64,000 bases of DNA from Candidatus Moraniibacteriota bacterium. GTDB taxonomy: Bacteria; Patescibacteriota; Minisyncoccia; Moranbacterales; UBA1568. Shown piece by piece: positions 47,771-59,395 of the stretch. Each line of letters starts with the position of its first letter. Within the stretch, counting starts at the first letter, position 1. Made by a program: the position numbers and the translations under genes. The notes beneath the pieces are model-generated. The model searched no databases and had not been told where the DNA came from. It saw only the letters and a program-made list of their open reading frames with translations. The stretch spans positions 716,020 through 780,019 of the forward strand of contig JAQTYF010000001.1 of the NCBI GenBank assembly GCA_028688415.1, read 5' to 3'.

Positions 47771-48649
47771 TTACTTCCTCCCAAGAAAAAAATAATAATC
47801 CGCCACGGTACGACCAATGAGAAATATTTTTGTAATTTGTATATCATGGAGACCGCTTTTTTTCAAAAGTTTCTTCAACTCTCTCTGATTATACGCTCGT
47901 AAATGTTCTGGATGTCTCCCAATAGTTTTCTTCCCCCAATCACCCGATGCTGTCGGCACGTGTCCTATTATCATACCCCGATCCTTTACCACACGCATCG
48001 TTTCCTTCATCAACATTTCTGGGTCAAGAACATGTTCCAGAATAAAAGTCAGAATCGCATAATCAAATATCTCTTCCTTATATGGCGTGTGTTCAGCCCA
48101 TCCAATAAACACTTTCAATCCTTTTTCGGACGCCTTCTCTCCTAAGCTTGGGCAAATCTCACTTCCATACACCTGACATTGTTTCTGTTTGATAAGGAGA
48201 CGCCCGATTCCACCAGAATTACAACCAACATCATAAACAAGTGAATTTTTCTTCACACTTGATAAAATATTTTTTACTCTGATATACTCCGGGGAACTTT
48301 TTTCATAATATCCGAGTGCATCCGCATCTTCATATTGATGATAGAGTTTGATGTATTGCTCTCTATCCAGAGTAAGGTCGATAGGTTTTTTTATCATCTC
48401 ATTTTGGAGAAGCATCTTACGATCGTGTATTTTTATCTCTGATACACCAAAATTTCGAACTCTTTTTCGTTCAACAACGCTCATATGCCACCTACCGTTC
48501 TGAAAATAATATTCACATTCTATATTTTGACAAGACCTATTTTCTATCTTTTCTTTTATGAAAACTTTACTTCCTCCATAAGTAGTTTTTTTGAATTTTT
48601 TATGAACTGGATATTTCCGTATTTGTGAAAAAGTGAGATACCGTTCCAT
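47771..48649 (-). CDS. Class I SAM-dependent methyltransferase
   Basis: Motif I VYDVGCNSGGIG. Acidic post-I residue. ILEHV motif. Confidence 0.7.
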   Translation of the reverse strand: MERYLTFSQIRKYPVHKKFKKTTYGGSKVFIKEKIENRSCQNIECEYYFQNGRWHMSVVERKRVRNFGVSEIKIHDRKMLLQNEMIKKPIDLTLDREQYIKLYHQYEDADALGYYEKSSPEYIRVKNILSSVKKNSLVYDVGCNSGGIGRLLIKQKQCQVYGSEICPSLGEKASEKGLKVFIGWAEHTPYKEEIFDYAILTFILEHVLDPEMLMKETMRVVKDRGMIIGHVPTASGDWGKKTIGRHPEHLRAYNQRELKKLLKKSGLHDIQITKIFLIGRTVADYYFFLGRK

Positions 48650-48660
48650 ACGCTCATCGT

Positions 48661-49479
48661 TTAATATACAATTTCAGTACCAATAGACTCACCAAGCAAA
48701 GCTTTGGTTATATTTCCTTCTATAAGACCACTAAAGATTCTCACCTGAGAATCAGAACAAATATTTTGTATACAATATATTTTTTCAATCATGCCTCCTG
48801 AATGATCGATTCCCTTCAAACGATTTGAAACAAATGTTTCCATTTGTGAATCACTCGTAGAAAATACTGGAAGAGGATGTATTTTTTTCTGAATATCTTC
48901 AGAAGAACCATAGATTCCATCAACATCAGACATAAAAAGAAGTTTCTCTGCATGGAGATCTCGTGAAAGCAAACAAGCCAACGCATCCCCTGAAAAAATT
49001 CTACTCCCTTTCTCACTATCAAGTATTAAATCCCCATGCAATACCGGAACGATATCTAATGATAATGCTGTACGAATAGCATCAAGAAATACTTTAGGAG
49101 TATTTTTTTGAAACGAAACAGTAATAGCGCTCGTTTGTATTGGCCATGCCGGAATACCAGCATCTTGCAAAGATTTTGTTACTCTGTTATTCAGTTCATT
49201 CATGGCAAGATGAATTTTTGCAGCAGCTATTTTGTCTTGTTTCGTAGAAATAATGCCAGTTTTCAATGTATCGACAAGACCATATCTATCAAGCAATGGG
49301 TGTGTCATACCTCCACCGCCATGCACAATAATCAAAGATGATTTTTCCTTGTGCATACCAAGAGAGATTTCGATCGCCATTCTTCTGAGGAAATTTCGCC
49401 TGAGACGTGCTTGACTTTGATCTTTATATGTTATACAACTACCACCAATTTTCAATATTGTCAGATGTGAATTCTTCAT
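48661..49479 (-). CDS. Amino-acid-kinase-family protein, isopentenyl phosphate kinase-like
   Basis: ILKIGGSCIT, IIVHGGGG, MSDVDGIY and GGMIEK motifs. Confidence 0.6.
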   Translation of the reverse strand: MKNSHLTILKIGGSCITYKDQSQARLRRNFLRRMAIEISLGMHKEKSSLIIVHGGGGMTHPLLDRYGLVDTLKTGIISTKQDKIAAAKIHLAMNELNNRVTKSLQDAGIPAWPIQTSAITVSFQKNTPKVFLDAIRTALSLDIVPVLHGDLILDSEKGSRIFSGDALACLLSRDLHAEKLLFMSDVDGIYGSSEDIQKKIHPLPVFSTSDSQMETFVSNRLKGIDHSGGMIEKIYCIQNICSDSQVRIFSGLIEGNITKALLGESIGTEIVY

Positions 49480-49504
49480 TCCTTATAAAGAAATTGGATG
49501 TTTC

Positions 49505-50689
49505 TTAATTTTTTGGTTCTACCCAAGCTCCCTTTTCTTTAATAAGTGCCACCAGAGCATCTACTGCTTCAGTTTCTGGGACATCACGACGAACAAGTTC
49601 TTTTTTGTAGTAGAGGTTGACCATCTTTGGCCGACCACCGACATAAGCGAAATCTGAATCAGCCATTTCCCCAAGTCCATTCACGACACAACCCATCACA
49701 GCAATACGCACACCAACGAGCTGTTTCGTACGTTCCTTGATCATATTGGTTATCGGCTCGAGATCGAAAAGTGTACGCCCGCATGACGGACAAGAAATAA
49801 TTTCTGTTTTCGTAATACGTCTGCTCGTCGCCTGAAGAATACTATAACAAACATCCAACTCCGTTTCTTGTTTTTCTGTAAGCGAAACTCGAATAGTATC
49901 TCCGACACCTTCCATAAGTGCCGTACCGATACCAAGTATCGATTTGGCGCGACCTTCCTCGCCGTTCCCCGCATGTGTCACGCCCAGATGGATCGGGTAA
50001 TCCATACTTTCTTTCTCCAGTGTCGACACCAGCAAACGATTGGCTTCGATCATGACCAATGGGTCAGAAGATTTCATGGCCACAACAATATCATCGAAAC
50101 CGTACTTATGAAAAATACGTAAATACTCCATTGATGATTCCACCATACCTACAGGAGTATCACCATAACGAGACATAATTCGATCAGAAAGAGAGCCATG
50201 ATTTGAGCCTATACGAAGGGCCTTTTTTGACTTTTTAGTGGCTTCGATAAAAGGAATAAGACTCTTTTCGATACGCTCCAATTCTTTCTGATAACTTTCA
50301 TCGGTAAATTCAAAATTTCTAAAAATTTTTCCATCAAGAAAGTTCCCTGGATTGAGACGTACCTTATCAGCCCACTTGAGTGCTTCGAATGCTGCTGCTG
50401 GCAAGAAATGAACATCAGCAATGAGCGGAATATTTATACCGTCCTTAAGCAACATCTCACGAATTGGTCCGAGCGCCTGTGCGTGTTTGGGTGTCGGAGT
50501 GGTCAATCGAATGAGTTCTGCGCCCGCTTTCACACATGCCTTGATCTGAGCAACTGTAGCAGAAATATCGAGTGTATCCGTATTCGTCATGGTCTGTACT
50601 CGGACAGGATTTTCTCCACCGATACCGATTCCCCCAACATTGACAACGCGTGTCTTCCTTCGTGGCTTGAGAGCTTTAAAAGAATTCAT
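49505..50689 (-). CDS. ispG: 4-hydroxy-3-methylbut-2-enyl diphosphate synthase (IspG/GcpE)
   Basis: VGGIGIGGENPVRVQTMTNTDT. C-terminal CPSCGR and VMGCVVNG [4Fe-4S] motifs. Confidence 0.9.
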   Translation of the reverse strand: MNSFKALKPRRKTRVVNVGGIGIGGENPVRVQTMTNTDTLDISATVAQIKACVKAGAELIRLTTPTPKHAQALGPIREMLLKDGINIPLIADVHFLPAAAFEALKWADKVRLNPGNFLDGKIFRNFEFTDESYQKELERIEKSLIPFIEATKKSKKALRIGSNHGSLSDRIMSRYGDTPVGMVESSMEYLRIFHKYGFDDIVVAMKSSDPLVMIEANRLLVSTLEKESMDYPIHLGVTHAGNGEEGRAKSILGIGTALMEGVGDTIRVSLTEKQETELDVCYSILQATSRRITKTEIISCPSCGRTLFDLEPITNMIKERTKQLVGVRIAVMGCVVNGLGEMADSDFAYVGGRPKMVNLYYKKELVRRDVPETEAVDALVALIKEKGAWVEPKN

Positions 50690-50712
50690 ACAAATATTGT
50701 TAAAAAATATTT

Positions 50713-53193
50713 CTAAAGAATCGTAAATGCTGCAACGCCGTCCCCTGCTTGTGGCTTCATCACACGCACACCCTGAGTCACTCGTCCGAGGAGCGGTACA
50801 CTCTTAAATGGAATACGAATAATTGTTCCTTTTTCAGAAGTCAGAATGAGATCATCTTCAATATTTTCCATACTCACAATTTTAGCTCCGACGAGCTTGC
50901 CTGTTTTCGGCGTAACTTTCATCGTTTTGATTCCTGATCCACCACGTTTTTGAACTTTATACGATTTTAATTCACTTCGTTTACCATATCCGTGTTGAGA
51001 AAGAATAAGGAGTTCAAGTCCTTTTTCCCCTTTTGGAAGAATATCCATACCAACGATCTTATCGATATTTTTGAGCTTCATGCCTTTGACACCAGAAGCA
51101 TTACGTCCCATCGGTCGAACATCCGTTTCTTTGAACCGAATAGCTTGACCATCATTGGTTGTGAGTACAATATCATCAGAACCGGTAGTCGGACTCACCC
51201 AACCGAGAGTATCGCCTTTTTCAAGTCCGATAGCGATAAGTCCGCTTCGACGAACGTTTTCGAAATCTTCCAATTTTGTTTTCTTGATTGTTCCTTTTTC
51301 TGTCGCCATAAAAAGGTATTTGAACGCATCATTGTTATTGAAGGCGATCATGGCAGTAATCTTCTCTTCTTGAGCAATTTGCAAGAAATTGACAATTGCT
51401 TGACCTTTGGAAGTGCGAGTTGATTCGGGTATTTCATACGCTTTCGTCTGAAATACTTTGCCTGTATTTGTGAAGAACATCAAATTATCATGCATTTCTA
51501 TAGACAAGACATGTGCGATGCGGTCTTCTTCTTTGGTCGTCGCTCCGATAACACCCTTTCCGCCACGCTTTTGGACACGATAGACACCAGGATTCATTCG
51601 TTTGATATATCCATCTTCTGTGAGTGTGATGATTGCCTCATCATTTGGGATGAGATCTTCTTGCTTGAATTCCGTCACGCCAGTCTTGATGACTTTTGTT
51701 CTTCTTTCGTCGCCAAATCTGTCTCTCACTTCGATAAGCTCACTCTTCACCAAACCAAGAATCTTCTTACGATGCTTGAGCAAGTCTTCGAGATAAGCAA
51801 TCATCTTCATTTTTTCTCCCAATTCGTCTTCTATCTTCTTCCGTTCCAAGCCTGCGAGTGTCTGAAGTCTCATTTCCAAAATAGCCGTTGCCTGCAAATC
51901 AGAAAGCTTGAATTTCTTCATCAAATTCACATGGGCCTCTTCTTTCGTCGGAGATTTTCTGATGGTTTCGATAACAGCATCAATAAAGTCCAGCGCTTTT
52001 TTCAATCCTTCGAGGATGTGTGCTCGTTCTTTGTTTTTCTTCAGATCATATTCTGTGCGACGCACCACAACTATTTCTCGGTGCTTGATATAGTGTTCGA
52101 GAATAGACTTGAGTGTAAGAATCTGCGGATCAACACCATCTACCAGTGCGAGCATATTCACATTGAAATTCTTTTGCAGGTCGGTCATTTGATACAGCTT
52201 GTTCAATACTTTCTGAGGAAAAGCATCTTTTTTCAGATCAATAACAATTCGAACTCCGTTTCTATCTGATTCATCGCGCAAATCTTTGATACCTTGAATT
52301 TTGTCGTCTTTGACGAGATCGGCAATTTTGATAATGAGTGATGATTTGTTGGTCGCATAAGTCATCTCCGTCACAATAATCTGAAACTGACCAGTTTTAT
52401 TCTCCACTATTTCCACTTTGGCTCGACTCAGTATTGGTCCTTTGCCAGTTACATAAGCTTCACGAATATCTTTGACATTGTAAATAATTCCTCCTGTTGG
52501 AAAATCAGGTCCCTTGATAAATTGCATCAGATCATCAATGGTCGCTTCTGGAAATTCAATTAAATGACAAATACCGTCCACCAATTCATTCAGATTATGT
52601 GGAGGAATGTTTGTTGCCATACCAACAGCAATGCCGACCGTACCATTCAAAAGCAGTTGTGGAAGTTTCGCAGGGAGAACAAGAGGCTCTTCATGCATAC
52701 CATCGAAGTTTGGGATGAAATCCACGGTATCTTTATCAATATCAACGAGCATTTCCTCTGCAATTGCCTTGAGCTTGGCTTCTGTGTAACGATAGGCGGC
52801 AGCGCTATCACCGTCCATCGATCCAAAGTTACCTTGTCCCCATACCAGTGGATATCGGAGTGAAAAATCTTGTGCCAAACGCACCATAGTGTCATACACA
52901 GCGGTATCACCGTGTGGATGATATTTTCCGAGCACCTCTCCGACAACTGTTGCTGATTTACGAAATTTCGAAGTCGATCGAAGACCGCTCGACCACATAG
53001 AGTACAAAATACGGCGATGCACCGGCTTGAGTCCATCTCTCACATCAGGCAAGGCACGAGCAACGATCACGCTCATTGCATAATCGAGATACGATTGCTT
53101 GACCTCATCAGTGATTGAACGCTGTTCTATTTTTCCATCGTGAAAAGCTTTTTCTTCCATAAATCGATTATTTTCAGCTTGATTATATATCAA
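50713..53193 (-). CDS. gyrA: DNA gyrase subunit A
   Basis: [28 protein letters not shown], the active-site Tyr region, and C-terminal beta-pinwheel repeats. Confidence 0.95.
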   Translation of the reverse strand: MIYNQAENNRFMEEKAFHDGKIEQRSITDEVKQSYLDYAMSVIVARALPDVRDGLKPVHRRILYSMWSSGLRSTSKFRKSATVVGEVLGKYHPHGDTAVYDTMVRLAQDFSLRYPLVWGQGNFGSMDGDSAAAYRYTEAKLKAIAEEMLVDIDKDTVDFIPNFDGMHEEPLVLPAKLPQLLLNGTVGIAVGMATNIPPHNLNELVDGICHLIEFPEATIDDLMQFIKGPDFPTGGIIYNVKDIREAYVTGKGPILSRAKVEIVENKTGQFQIIVTEMTYATNKSSLIIKIADLVKDDKIQGIKDLRDESDRNGVRIVIDLKKDAFPQKVLNKLYQMTDLQKNFNVNMLALVDGVDPQILTLKSILEHYIKHREIVVVRRTEYDLKKNKERAHILEGLKKALDFIDAVIETIRKSPTKEEAHVNLMKKFKLSDLQATAILEMRLQTLAGLERKKIEDELGEKMKMIAYLEDLLKHRKKILGLVKSELIEVRDRFGDERRTKVIKTGVTEFKQEDLIPNDEAIITLTEDGYIKRMNPGVYRVQKRGGKGVIGATTKEEDRIAHVLSIEMHDNLMFFTNTGKVFQTKAYEIPESTRTSKGQAIVNFLQIAQEEKITAMIAFNNNDAFKYLFMATEKGTIKKTKLEDFENVRRSGLIAIGLEKGDTLGWVSPTTGSDDIVLTTNDGQAIRFKETDVRPMGRNASGVKGMKLKNIDKIVGMDILPKGEKGLELLILSQHGYGKRSELKSYKVQKRGGSGIKTMKVTPKTGKLVGAKIVSMENIEDDLILTSEKGTIIRIPFKSVPLLGRVTQGVRVMKPQAGDGVAAFTIL

Positions 53194-53248
53194 ATATACC
53201 TTTCTTCGTCTACGAATCCTTATCTTATCTCAATATCACACAAAATAA

Positions 53249-53611
53249 TTATGGATTTGTCGATGTTTCAGTTTCTGTATTTTGTGTATCTTTACGAAAT
53301 TGTTCATTGAAATAATCTGATTGATCTGAAGCAGAGTCAGGGAGGATCGGGGTAGCCTTTTGCAAAAGACTGTTCAAAGAAGGTTGCTCTTCTTTGGAAG
53401 AATCTGCTTTTTCATCGTTCGAAGACTGAGGAACGCTTTTTCTTAAATTCTGGACACTTTCTTCGAGAGAAAGAAGCCAGATACTCACGACAAAAAACAT
53501 CGAGACGAAAAGGGAGAGAAATACATATCGCATTCGAACTTGTTCCGGCTTTTGACGAATTTCTTCAATTTTTTTCCAAACGTTCAATGGCATATCCTCT
53601 TCATTATTCAA
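53249..53611 (-). CDS. Small hypothetical membrane protein
   Basis: 120-aa ORF with one TM (YVFLSLFVSMFFVVSIWLL). Confidence 0.4.
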   Translation of the reverse strand: MNNEEDMPLNVWKKIEEIRQKPEQVRMRYVFLSLFVSMFFVVSIWLLSLEESVQNLRKSVPQSSNDEKADSSKEEQPSLNSLLQKATPILPDSASDQSDYFNEQFRKDTQNTETETSTNP

Positions 53612-53622
53612 ATAACTCTTCC

Positions 53623-54282
53623 TTACATCCCTTTTTCAAAAAGAACAATTTCCATTTTCTTCTCATCGAGATCTTTCTTCTTTATATTCAATTTGGCAAT
53701 TTTTTCTGATGGACAATTTCCAATAGCATCGCAAAAGGATTTCTCTGTATCAAGATCAAGTGTTAGTCCAGGTATTTTATAGTGCATAGGGATAACCAGT
53801 TTCGGTTCTATTTTACGAACTAATTCAGAAGCAGTTTTAGTATCCAGTGTATCTATGCCTCCTACAGGAACAAACAAAATATCAACTCCGTTTAATTTTT
53901 CCAACGTCTCTCCGGCAATATCAGAACCAAGAGCACCAAGATACCCGATGTGAATATCTTCACTCTCAAAAATAAAGACTGTGTTTTGACCTCTCTCGCT
54001 CCCTGCATTTCCATCACGATACGAAAGAAATCCGAGTGCAGATACACCTTTTACAGCGTATTCCCCTGGAGCATCCAAAACCACTACTTCTTCTTTCAGT
54101 GTATCAACCGTTTCCTCTTTTTTCCCATGAGACAAGAAAACAATGTCGACTTGACCCTGAGGAGAACGGAGTCCTGCTCCTTTTTGTAACGGATCAGTCC
54201 AGATTATAACATCTTCTGTCGCACGACCTGCAGGCTTTGTACTAATTTTAAAACAAAAATCGCCGTAATACTGTATATTCAT
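53623..54282 (-). CDS. MBL-fold metallo-hydrolase
   Basis: HIGYLGALGSD, DILFVPVGG, VIPMHYK. Start moved to the internal ATG at 54282 (MNIQYYGDF). Confidence 0.6.
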   Translation of the reverse strand: MNIQYYGDFCFKISTKPAGRATEDVIIWTDPLQKGAGLRSPQGQVDIVFLSHGKKEETVDTLKEEVVVLDAPGEYAVKGVSALGFLSYRDGNAGSERGQNTVFIFESEDIHIGYLGALGSDIAGETLEKLNGVDILFVPVGGIDTLDTKTASELVRKIEPKLVIPMHYKIPGLTLDLDTEKSFCDAIGNCPSEKIAKLNIKKKDLDEKKMEIVLFEKGM

Positions 54283-54624
54283 AATTTGAGATAAATAAAC
54301 TTTCAAAAAAACCGAATACTCTCGGATGTTGCCCAGTATATCACAGTTCTTTTTGCTCTGTCCATGAGAAACCCTCTTTTCGAAGAAAGTTGTGCTTACT
54401 CCTTGCCAAAAGAGACTTTTTCCTATAGGATAAAAAGTATAGAAAGTAATCGGTGTCTTGTTAAAGATTAACACAACTGAATACAAGGATGCTTCAATCT
54501 TTGACTTCTCGAGTCGTTTTTCTCAAACACCCAGACACATTGGTGTTTTTTGCTTTTTAATAGCCATTTGCTCAATTTAATTTTTTATCGCGAGAGAGCA
54601 ACTCGCACTCATTTTTAGTATATT

Positions 54625-55833
54625 ATGACAAAAAGTACACAATCTGCAGAAGTCATCGAGAATCCATCTGCTATGGACACTCTCTTTGCAAAACATGTTA
54701 TAGAGATCCCTGAAATAGGGTCAGTTATTCAAGGAACGGTCATTTTTGTGGCATCCAGCTATGCCTTGATCGATCTCGGTTCTGTCGGAACTGGTATTGT
54801 TCTCGGAAAAGAAATGCGCGATGGCCTTGGACCAGAAGGAAAACTCAAAGTTGGCACAACAATCACTGCCACGCTCATGGATTATGAGAATGAGGATGGT
54901 TACATAGAACTCTCCATTCGTGAAGCTTCTTACGAAAAATCTTGGGATGATATCGAACACAAACTCACGAATCGTGAAGTACTAACTACCAAAGTCATTG
55001 AAGCAAACAAAGGCGGACTCATGATCGAAATCAACGGTATTCCTGGATTTCTCCCTGTTTCCCAGCTCTCGAGCGAGCACTATCCTCGTGTAGAAGATGG
55101 AGACAAAAACAAGATCTTGGATCTTTTGAAGAAACTGATCGGACAAGAAGTGCACGTACGTATCTTGGATGCTGATCGTGAAAACGAAAAACTCATTGCG
55201 AGCGAAAAGGCTGCGCAGAGCGAAAAAGAACGAGAACTCATCAATCTTCTCCGTGTTGGCGAAGTGGTCAGCGGTGAAGTGAGTGGTGTTGTTGATTTCG
55301 GTGCTTTCGTCAAATTCACACCTGCTACCAAAGAAGGAGAGAAGAAATCTGTAGAGAAGCTCGAAGGTCTCGTTCATATTTCTGAACTCGCTTGGCAACT
55401 TATCGATGATCCACGTGAAGTAATCAAGACTGGTGATCACGTAGAAGCCAAAATCATCGGCATTGAAGATACTCGCATCTCCCTTTCTATGAAGGCATTG
55501 AAAGAAGATCCTTGGACAGCCGTTCTTGAAAAATACAAGATTGGCGATATCGTTCCTGGAAAAGTCGATAAAATCAATCATTTTGGTGCATTCGTCTATC
55601 TGAACAAAGATATTCATGGATTAGCTCATGTCAGTGAATTTTCTGAGGTCTATCCTGGAAAGAAAATTGAGGAGGTATTCAAAGAAAATGAAACATACTC
55701 TTGGAAAATCCTTTCTATCGAACCAAAAAGTCATCGTATGGGACTTCTTCCCGTCAATGAGAATGCTCCAAAAGAGAAATCAATGAAAAAAGAAGAGGAA
55801 GTCAAAGAAGAAGTAGAGAAGAAAAAAGCATAA
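54625..55833 (+). CDS. rpsA: 30S ribosomal protein S1 (four S1 domains)
   Basis: Repeated S1-domain motifs (GxV..v..fGaFV...g..GL.HISE). Confidence 0.8.
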   Translation: MTKSTQSAEVIENPSAMDTLFAKHVIEIPEIGSVIQGTVIFVASSYALIDLGSVGTGIVLGKEMRDGLGPEGKLKVGTTITATLMDYENEDGYIELSIREASYEKSWDDIEHKLTNREVLTTKVIEANKGGLMIEINGIPGFLPVSQLSSEHYPRVEDGDKNKILDLLKKLIGQEVHVRILDADRENEKLIASEKAAQSEKERELINLLRVGEVVSGEVSGVVDFGAFVKFTPATKEGEKKSVEKLEGLVHISELAWQLIDDPREVIKTGDHVEAKIIGIEDTRISLSMKALKEDPWTAVLEKYKIGDIVPGKVDKINHFGAFVYLNKDIHGLAHVSEFSEVYPGKKIEEVFKENETYSWKILSIEPKSHRMGLLPVNENAPKEKSMKKEEEVKEEVEKKKA

Positions 55834-55842
55834 GCTTTATAA

Positions 55843-55872
55843 AAACGCCCTGCTCATCCAGGGCGTTTTTGT
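55843..55872 (+). terminator. Intrinsic terminator after rpsA
   Basis: cgccctg-ctcatc-cagggcg followed by ttttt. Confidence 0.6.
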
Positions 55873-55890
55873 ACAAGAAACTCAAGAAAT

Positions 55891-56463
55891 ATGAAAAATG
55901 TTTTTATTATCTCTGGTCCGGCAGGGTCAGGGAAAGATGCGATTATCAATGGATTGGAAAAACTTATCCCATTGTCACGCGTCATTACGACAACCACTCG
56001 TCGTCCTCGTCATAATGAAACCGATGGGAATCCCTATCATTTTCTTTCACGAGAACAATTCCTTCAAAATATAGCGGAAAAAAAATTTATTGAATATTCT
56101 GTCAATGAGAACGACGAGCTCTATGGCGTCACCTTTGAAGAACTTGATCGCGTAGATCGATCAGGGGCAATCGGTATATGGAAAATGGACTGGAAAGGAG
56201 TGATTTCTGCAAAGAAACTTTTTCCAAACATCATTGCAATTTTCATACACGCACCAATGAATATTCTCGAAGCTCGTCTCCGCAAACGTGATAGTGCACA
56301 AACAAACAAAAACTATTTCGAGGATCGTATGAACTATACCAAAGAATGGCTTAAGCATACAGATATTTATGATTACACCATCGAAAATGAACAGGGAGAG
56401 CTCGATCAATCTATCGAACAAGTCGCTTCCATCATCGAGGATTGTACCAAAAAAATCGTCTAA
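55891..56463 (+). CDS. gmk: Guanylate kinase
   Basis: P-loop ISGPAGSGKDAI and TTRRPRHNETDGNPYHF. Confidence 0.85.
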   Translation: MKNVFIISGPAGSGKDAIINGLEKLIPLSRVITTTTRRPRHNETDGNPYHFLSREQFLQNIAEKKFIEYSVNENDELYGVTFEELDRVDRSGAIGIWKMDWKGVISAKKLFPNIIAIFIHAPMNILEARLRKRDSAQTNKNYFEDRMNYTKEWLKHTDIYDYTIENEQGELDQSIEQVASIIEDCTKKIV

Positions 56464-57442
56464 AGATGCTCTCTCTCCTTTCGTGCGTCGTTTTTTGAGA
56501 CGTGTCCAAAACACAGCGTCCACATTTGATCTTTGGGAAGAAGGCGAAAGCTTTATTATCGGAGTTTCCGGAGGACCAGATAGCCTCTGTCTCCTAGATG
56601 CGATGACACTTCTTCAAAAAAAAATGCACTTCTCTTTTCATATTGCTCATGTAAACTACCATTTACGAGGAAAAGATTCGAATAACGATGAACTTCTCGT
56701 ACGAGAAACGGCAGAAAAATATTCTCTTCCTCTCACCTGTTTTTCTTGTGACACACATTCTTTTCGCCATTCAGAAGAAACGATGCGCGACCTGAGATAT
56801 GCCTTCTTCGAAAAAACACGCATTGATCAAAAAGCTGGGAAGATTCTTATTGCTCATAACCAAAATGATCAAGCAGAAACGCTTCTTATGAGACTTTTAC
56901 GAGGTTCTGGATTATCAGGACTTTCCTCTATGAAGGCGAAAAATGGTCATATTATTCGGCCACTCATCGAAATGAGTCGTGATGATATTATGCGATACTT
57001 ACAAGAACGTAACATTTCTTTCCGAGAAGATACCAGCAACAAAGATGTTTTATATTTCCGTAATCAAATTCGTCATATTCTTATTCCTTTTCTGGAACAA
57101 CGCTTTCAACCAAAAATACGGCCGATTCTTGCAGAGACAGCACTTCTTCTTGGTGAAGATTATGCTCTCCTCGAACATATTTCCACTTCTTTTGTCGTAA
57201 AAGAAACCCCTACCTCAAAAGAATTTTCTTGTCGTGATTTCCTTTCTCTCCCTCCTGCTCTTATGACACGCGAATTACGTTCTCTCGTTCGTCCATTGCT
57301 CGAGGGGAAAAATCCTTCTAAAAAGCTCTTAGGGGAACTCCTTAAAGTACTCAAAAGTACCAAAAACAAGACTCAGACCGTAACATTTCAAGGGTTGAAA
57401 TTTATACGAAAAGGTGATACAGTAAGACTACTCAATTTTTGA
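56369..57442 (+). CDS. tilS: tRNA(Ile)-lysidine synthetase
   Basis: PP-loop GVSGGPDSLCLLD. The annotated ORF start overlaps the gmk 3' end by 95 bp; the real start may be an in-frame GTG near 56483. Confidence 0.8.
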   Translation: MITPSKMNRESSINLSNKSLPSSRIVPKKSSKDALSPFVRRFLRRVQNTASTFDLWEEGESFIIGVSGGPDSLCLLDAMTLLQKKMHFSFHIAHVNYHLRGKDSNNDELLVRETAEKYSLPLTCFSCDTHSFRHSEETMRDLRYAFFEKTRIDQKAGKILIAHNQNDQAETLLMRLLRGSGLSGLSSMKAKNGHIIRPLIEMSRDDIMRYLQERNISFREDTSNKDVLYFRNQIRHILIPFLEQRFQPKIRPILAETALLLGEDYALLEHISTSFVVKETPTSKEFSCRDFLSLPPALMTRELRSLVRPLLEGKNPSKKLLGELLKVLKSTKNKTQTVTFQGLKFIRKGDTVRLLNF

Positions 57443-57492
57443 GAATACGATCATTATATCATCATTATTTAATTGTTATTGAAAATATCTTT

Positions 57493-59334
57493 ATGGAAAA
57501 AATGTTTAAGAATCTTTTTACTGTTATTCTCCTTTTTTTGCTTGTTTCTGGAATTATCATTCTTTCTCAATCGCCAGAAAAAAAGCCTGCTGAAATATCA
57601 CTCAGTGAACTCGTGACAGAAATCAATCAGGATCAGGTAAAATCTGTTTCTATACAAAACAACACTCTCTCGATTGAACTTCAGGATGGATCCAAACAGA
57701 AAGCGAGTAAAGAAGGAGAATCTTCCCTCTCAGAAACACTGATGAATTATGGCATCAATACGGAAAAGCTAAAAAATATCACTATTACCGTCAAAGAAGA
57801 TTCTGGTTGGTCATTGTGGCTCTCTGCGCTTCTCCCCTTTCTTATTCCTTTTCTGCTTATTGGAGCCTTCATCTGGTTTATGATGCGTCAAGCTCAGCGT
57901 GGTAATGCTCAGGCTCTTTCTTTCGGTACGAGTCGTGCTCGCATGACTGACCCAAAAGACAAAAAGAAACGAACCACCTTCGCCGATGTTGCTGGGGCAG
58001 AAGAAACGAAGAATGAGCTTGAAGAAGTAGTAGAATTCTTGAAATTCCCAAAAAAGTTTCTTAGCATGGGAGCAAAAATACCGAAAGGAGTCCTTTTGCT
58101 TGGTCCTCCAGGAACAGGAAAGACACTCATGGCAAAGGCAGTAGCTGGTGAGGCTGGTGTTCCTTTTTTCAATATCAGCGGTTCTGAATTCGTTGAAATG
58201 TTCGTTGGTGTTGGTGCGAGCCGTGTGAGAGATCTTTTCAAACAAGCTAAGAAAAATGCACCTTCTATTGTGTTTATTGACGAAATAGATGCTGTTGGTC
58301 GTCACCGTGGAGCTGGTCTCGGAGGTGGTCATGATGAACGTGAGCAAACTCTCAATCAAATCTTGGTAGAAATGGATGGTTTTGAAACAAACACGAGCGT
58401 CATTGTTATCGCTGCTACCAACCGTCCTGATGTACTTGATCCAGCCTTGCTTCGTCCTGGACGTTTTGATCGTCGTGTTACTATGGATCTTCCTGATATC
58501 AACGAACGCGAACAAATTCTTGTTATTCATACAAAGAATAAGCCTATTGAAAAAAACGTTTCTTTGCGTGTTATAGCTGAGCGTACTTCTGGTTTTTCTG
58601 GAGCTGATCTCGCCAATCTCGTCAACGAAGGTGCTATCCTTGCCACTCGTCGGAACAAGAAAACTATTGATATGTCAGAACTGACAGAATCTATCGAAAA
58701 AGTTATTCTTGGACCAGAGCGTCGCAGCCGTGTCATCAATAAAGAAGAAAAAGAAATTGTCGCCTACCACGAAAGCGGTCACGCATTGGTAGGGGCGAGT
58801 CTCAAATACGCAGATCCCGTGCAGAAAGTCTCCATCATTTCTCGTGGTCATGCGGGTGGGTATACGTTGGCAGTCCCTTCTGAAGACAAAAGCCTTCATT
58901 CTCATGATTATTTTCTCGATGAGCTCGCGATGCTTCTCGGTGGATATGCCAGTGAGAAACTTATTTTCAACAACACTACTACTGGTCCGTCGAGTGATCT
59001 CGAACGAGCAACACATATGGCACGAAATATGGTTACCCGTTACGGGATGAGCCGTCTCGGTGCTCGCACTTTCGGTAAGAAAGATGAACTTGTTTTTCTC
59101 GGTCGCGAAATGCACGAAGAAAGAGATTATTCAGAGAAAACAGCCCAAGACATCGATAATGAAGTCTCCACTCTTATAAACACCGCTCTCGAACGAGCAA
59201 CTCAGATCTTAAATGACCGACGGGTCACTTTAGACATACTCGCAAAAACATTGCTTGAGAAAGAAATTCTTGAGAAAGAAGCCTTCGATGCTATTGTAGG
59301 TGAGAATCCTGCTAAAAAAATAGTGTCTGCTTAA
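57493..59334 (+). CDS. ftsH: ATP-dependent zinc metalloprotease FtsH
   Basis: Two N-terminal TM helices, [23 protein letters not shown], the second region of homology, and HESGHAL zinc site. Start set at the ATG at 57493 (MEKMFKNLF). Confidence 0.9.
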   Translation: MEKMFKNLFTVILLFLLVSGIIILSQSPEKKPAEISLSELVTEINQDQVKSVSIQNNTLSIELQDGSKQKASKEGESSLSETLMNYGINTEKLKNITITVKEDSGWSLWLSALLPFLIPFLLIGAFIWFMMRQAQRGNAQALSFGTSRARMTDPKDKKKRTTFADVAGAEETKNELEEVVEFLKFPKKFLSMGAKIPKGVLLLGPPGTGKTLMAKAVAGEAGVPFFNISGSEFVEMFVGVGASRVRDLFKQAKKNAPSIVFIDEIDAVGRHRGAGLGGGHDEREQTLNQILVEMDGFETNTSVIVIAATNRPDVLDPALLRPGRFDRRVTMDLPDINEREQILVIHTKNKPIEKNVSLRVIAERTSGFSGADLANLVNEGAILATRRNKKTIDMSELTESIEKVILGPERRSRVINKEEKEIVAYHESGHALVGASLKYADPVQKVSIISRGHAGGYTLAVPSEDKSLHSHDYFLDELAMLLGGYASEKLIFNNTTTGPSSDLERATHMARNMVTRYGMSRLGARTFGKKDELVFLGREMHEERDYSEKTAQDIDNEVSTLINTALERATQILNDRRVTLDILAKTLLEKEILEKEAFDAIVGENPAKKIVSA

Positions 59335-59343
59335 GTTAAGTCA

Positions 59344-59391
59344 GTATATCCCCTCTTACAAGCAATGATGCTATGGGGATATACTTTTTTA
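59344..59391 (+). terminator. Hairpin (gtatatcccc...ggggatatac) plus T-run after ftsH
   Basis: 10-bp stem with a large loop, followed by tttttt. Confidence 0.45.
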
Positions 59392-59395
59392 TCCT

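Noticed and set aside
56369-56482. 95-bp overlap between the gmk 3' end and the tilS 5' end
   Set aside because: Probably an over-extended tilS ORF. An in-frame GTG near 56483 gives a normal-length N-terminus before the SGGxDS loop. Recorded as start uncertainty rather than a finding.
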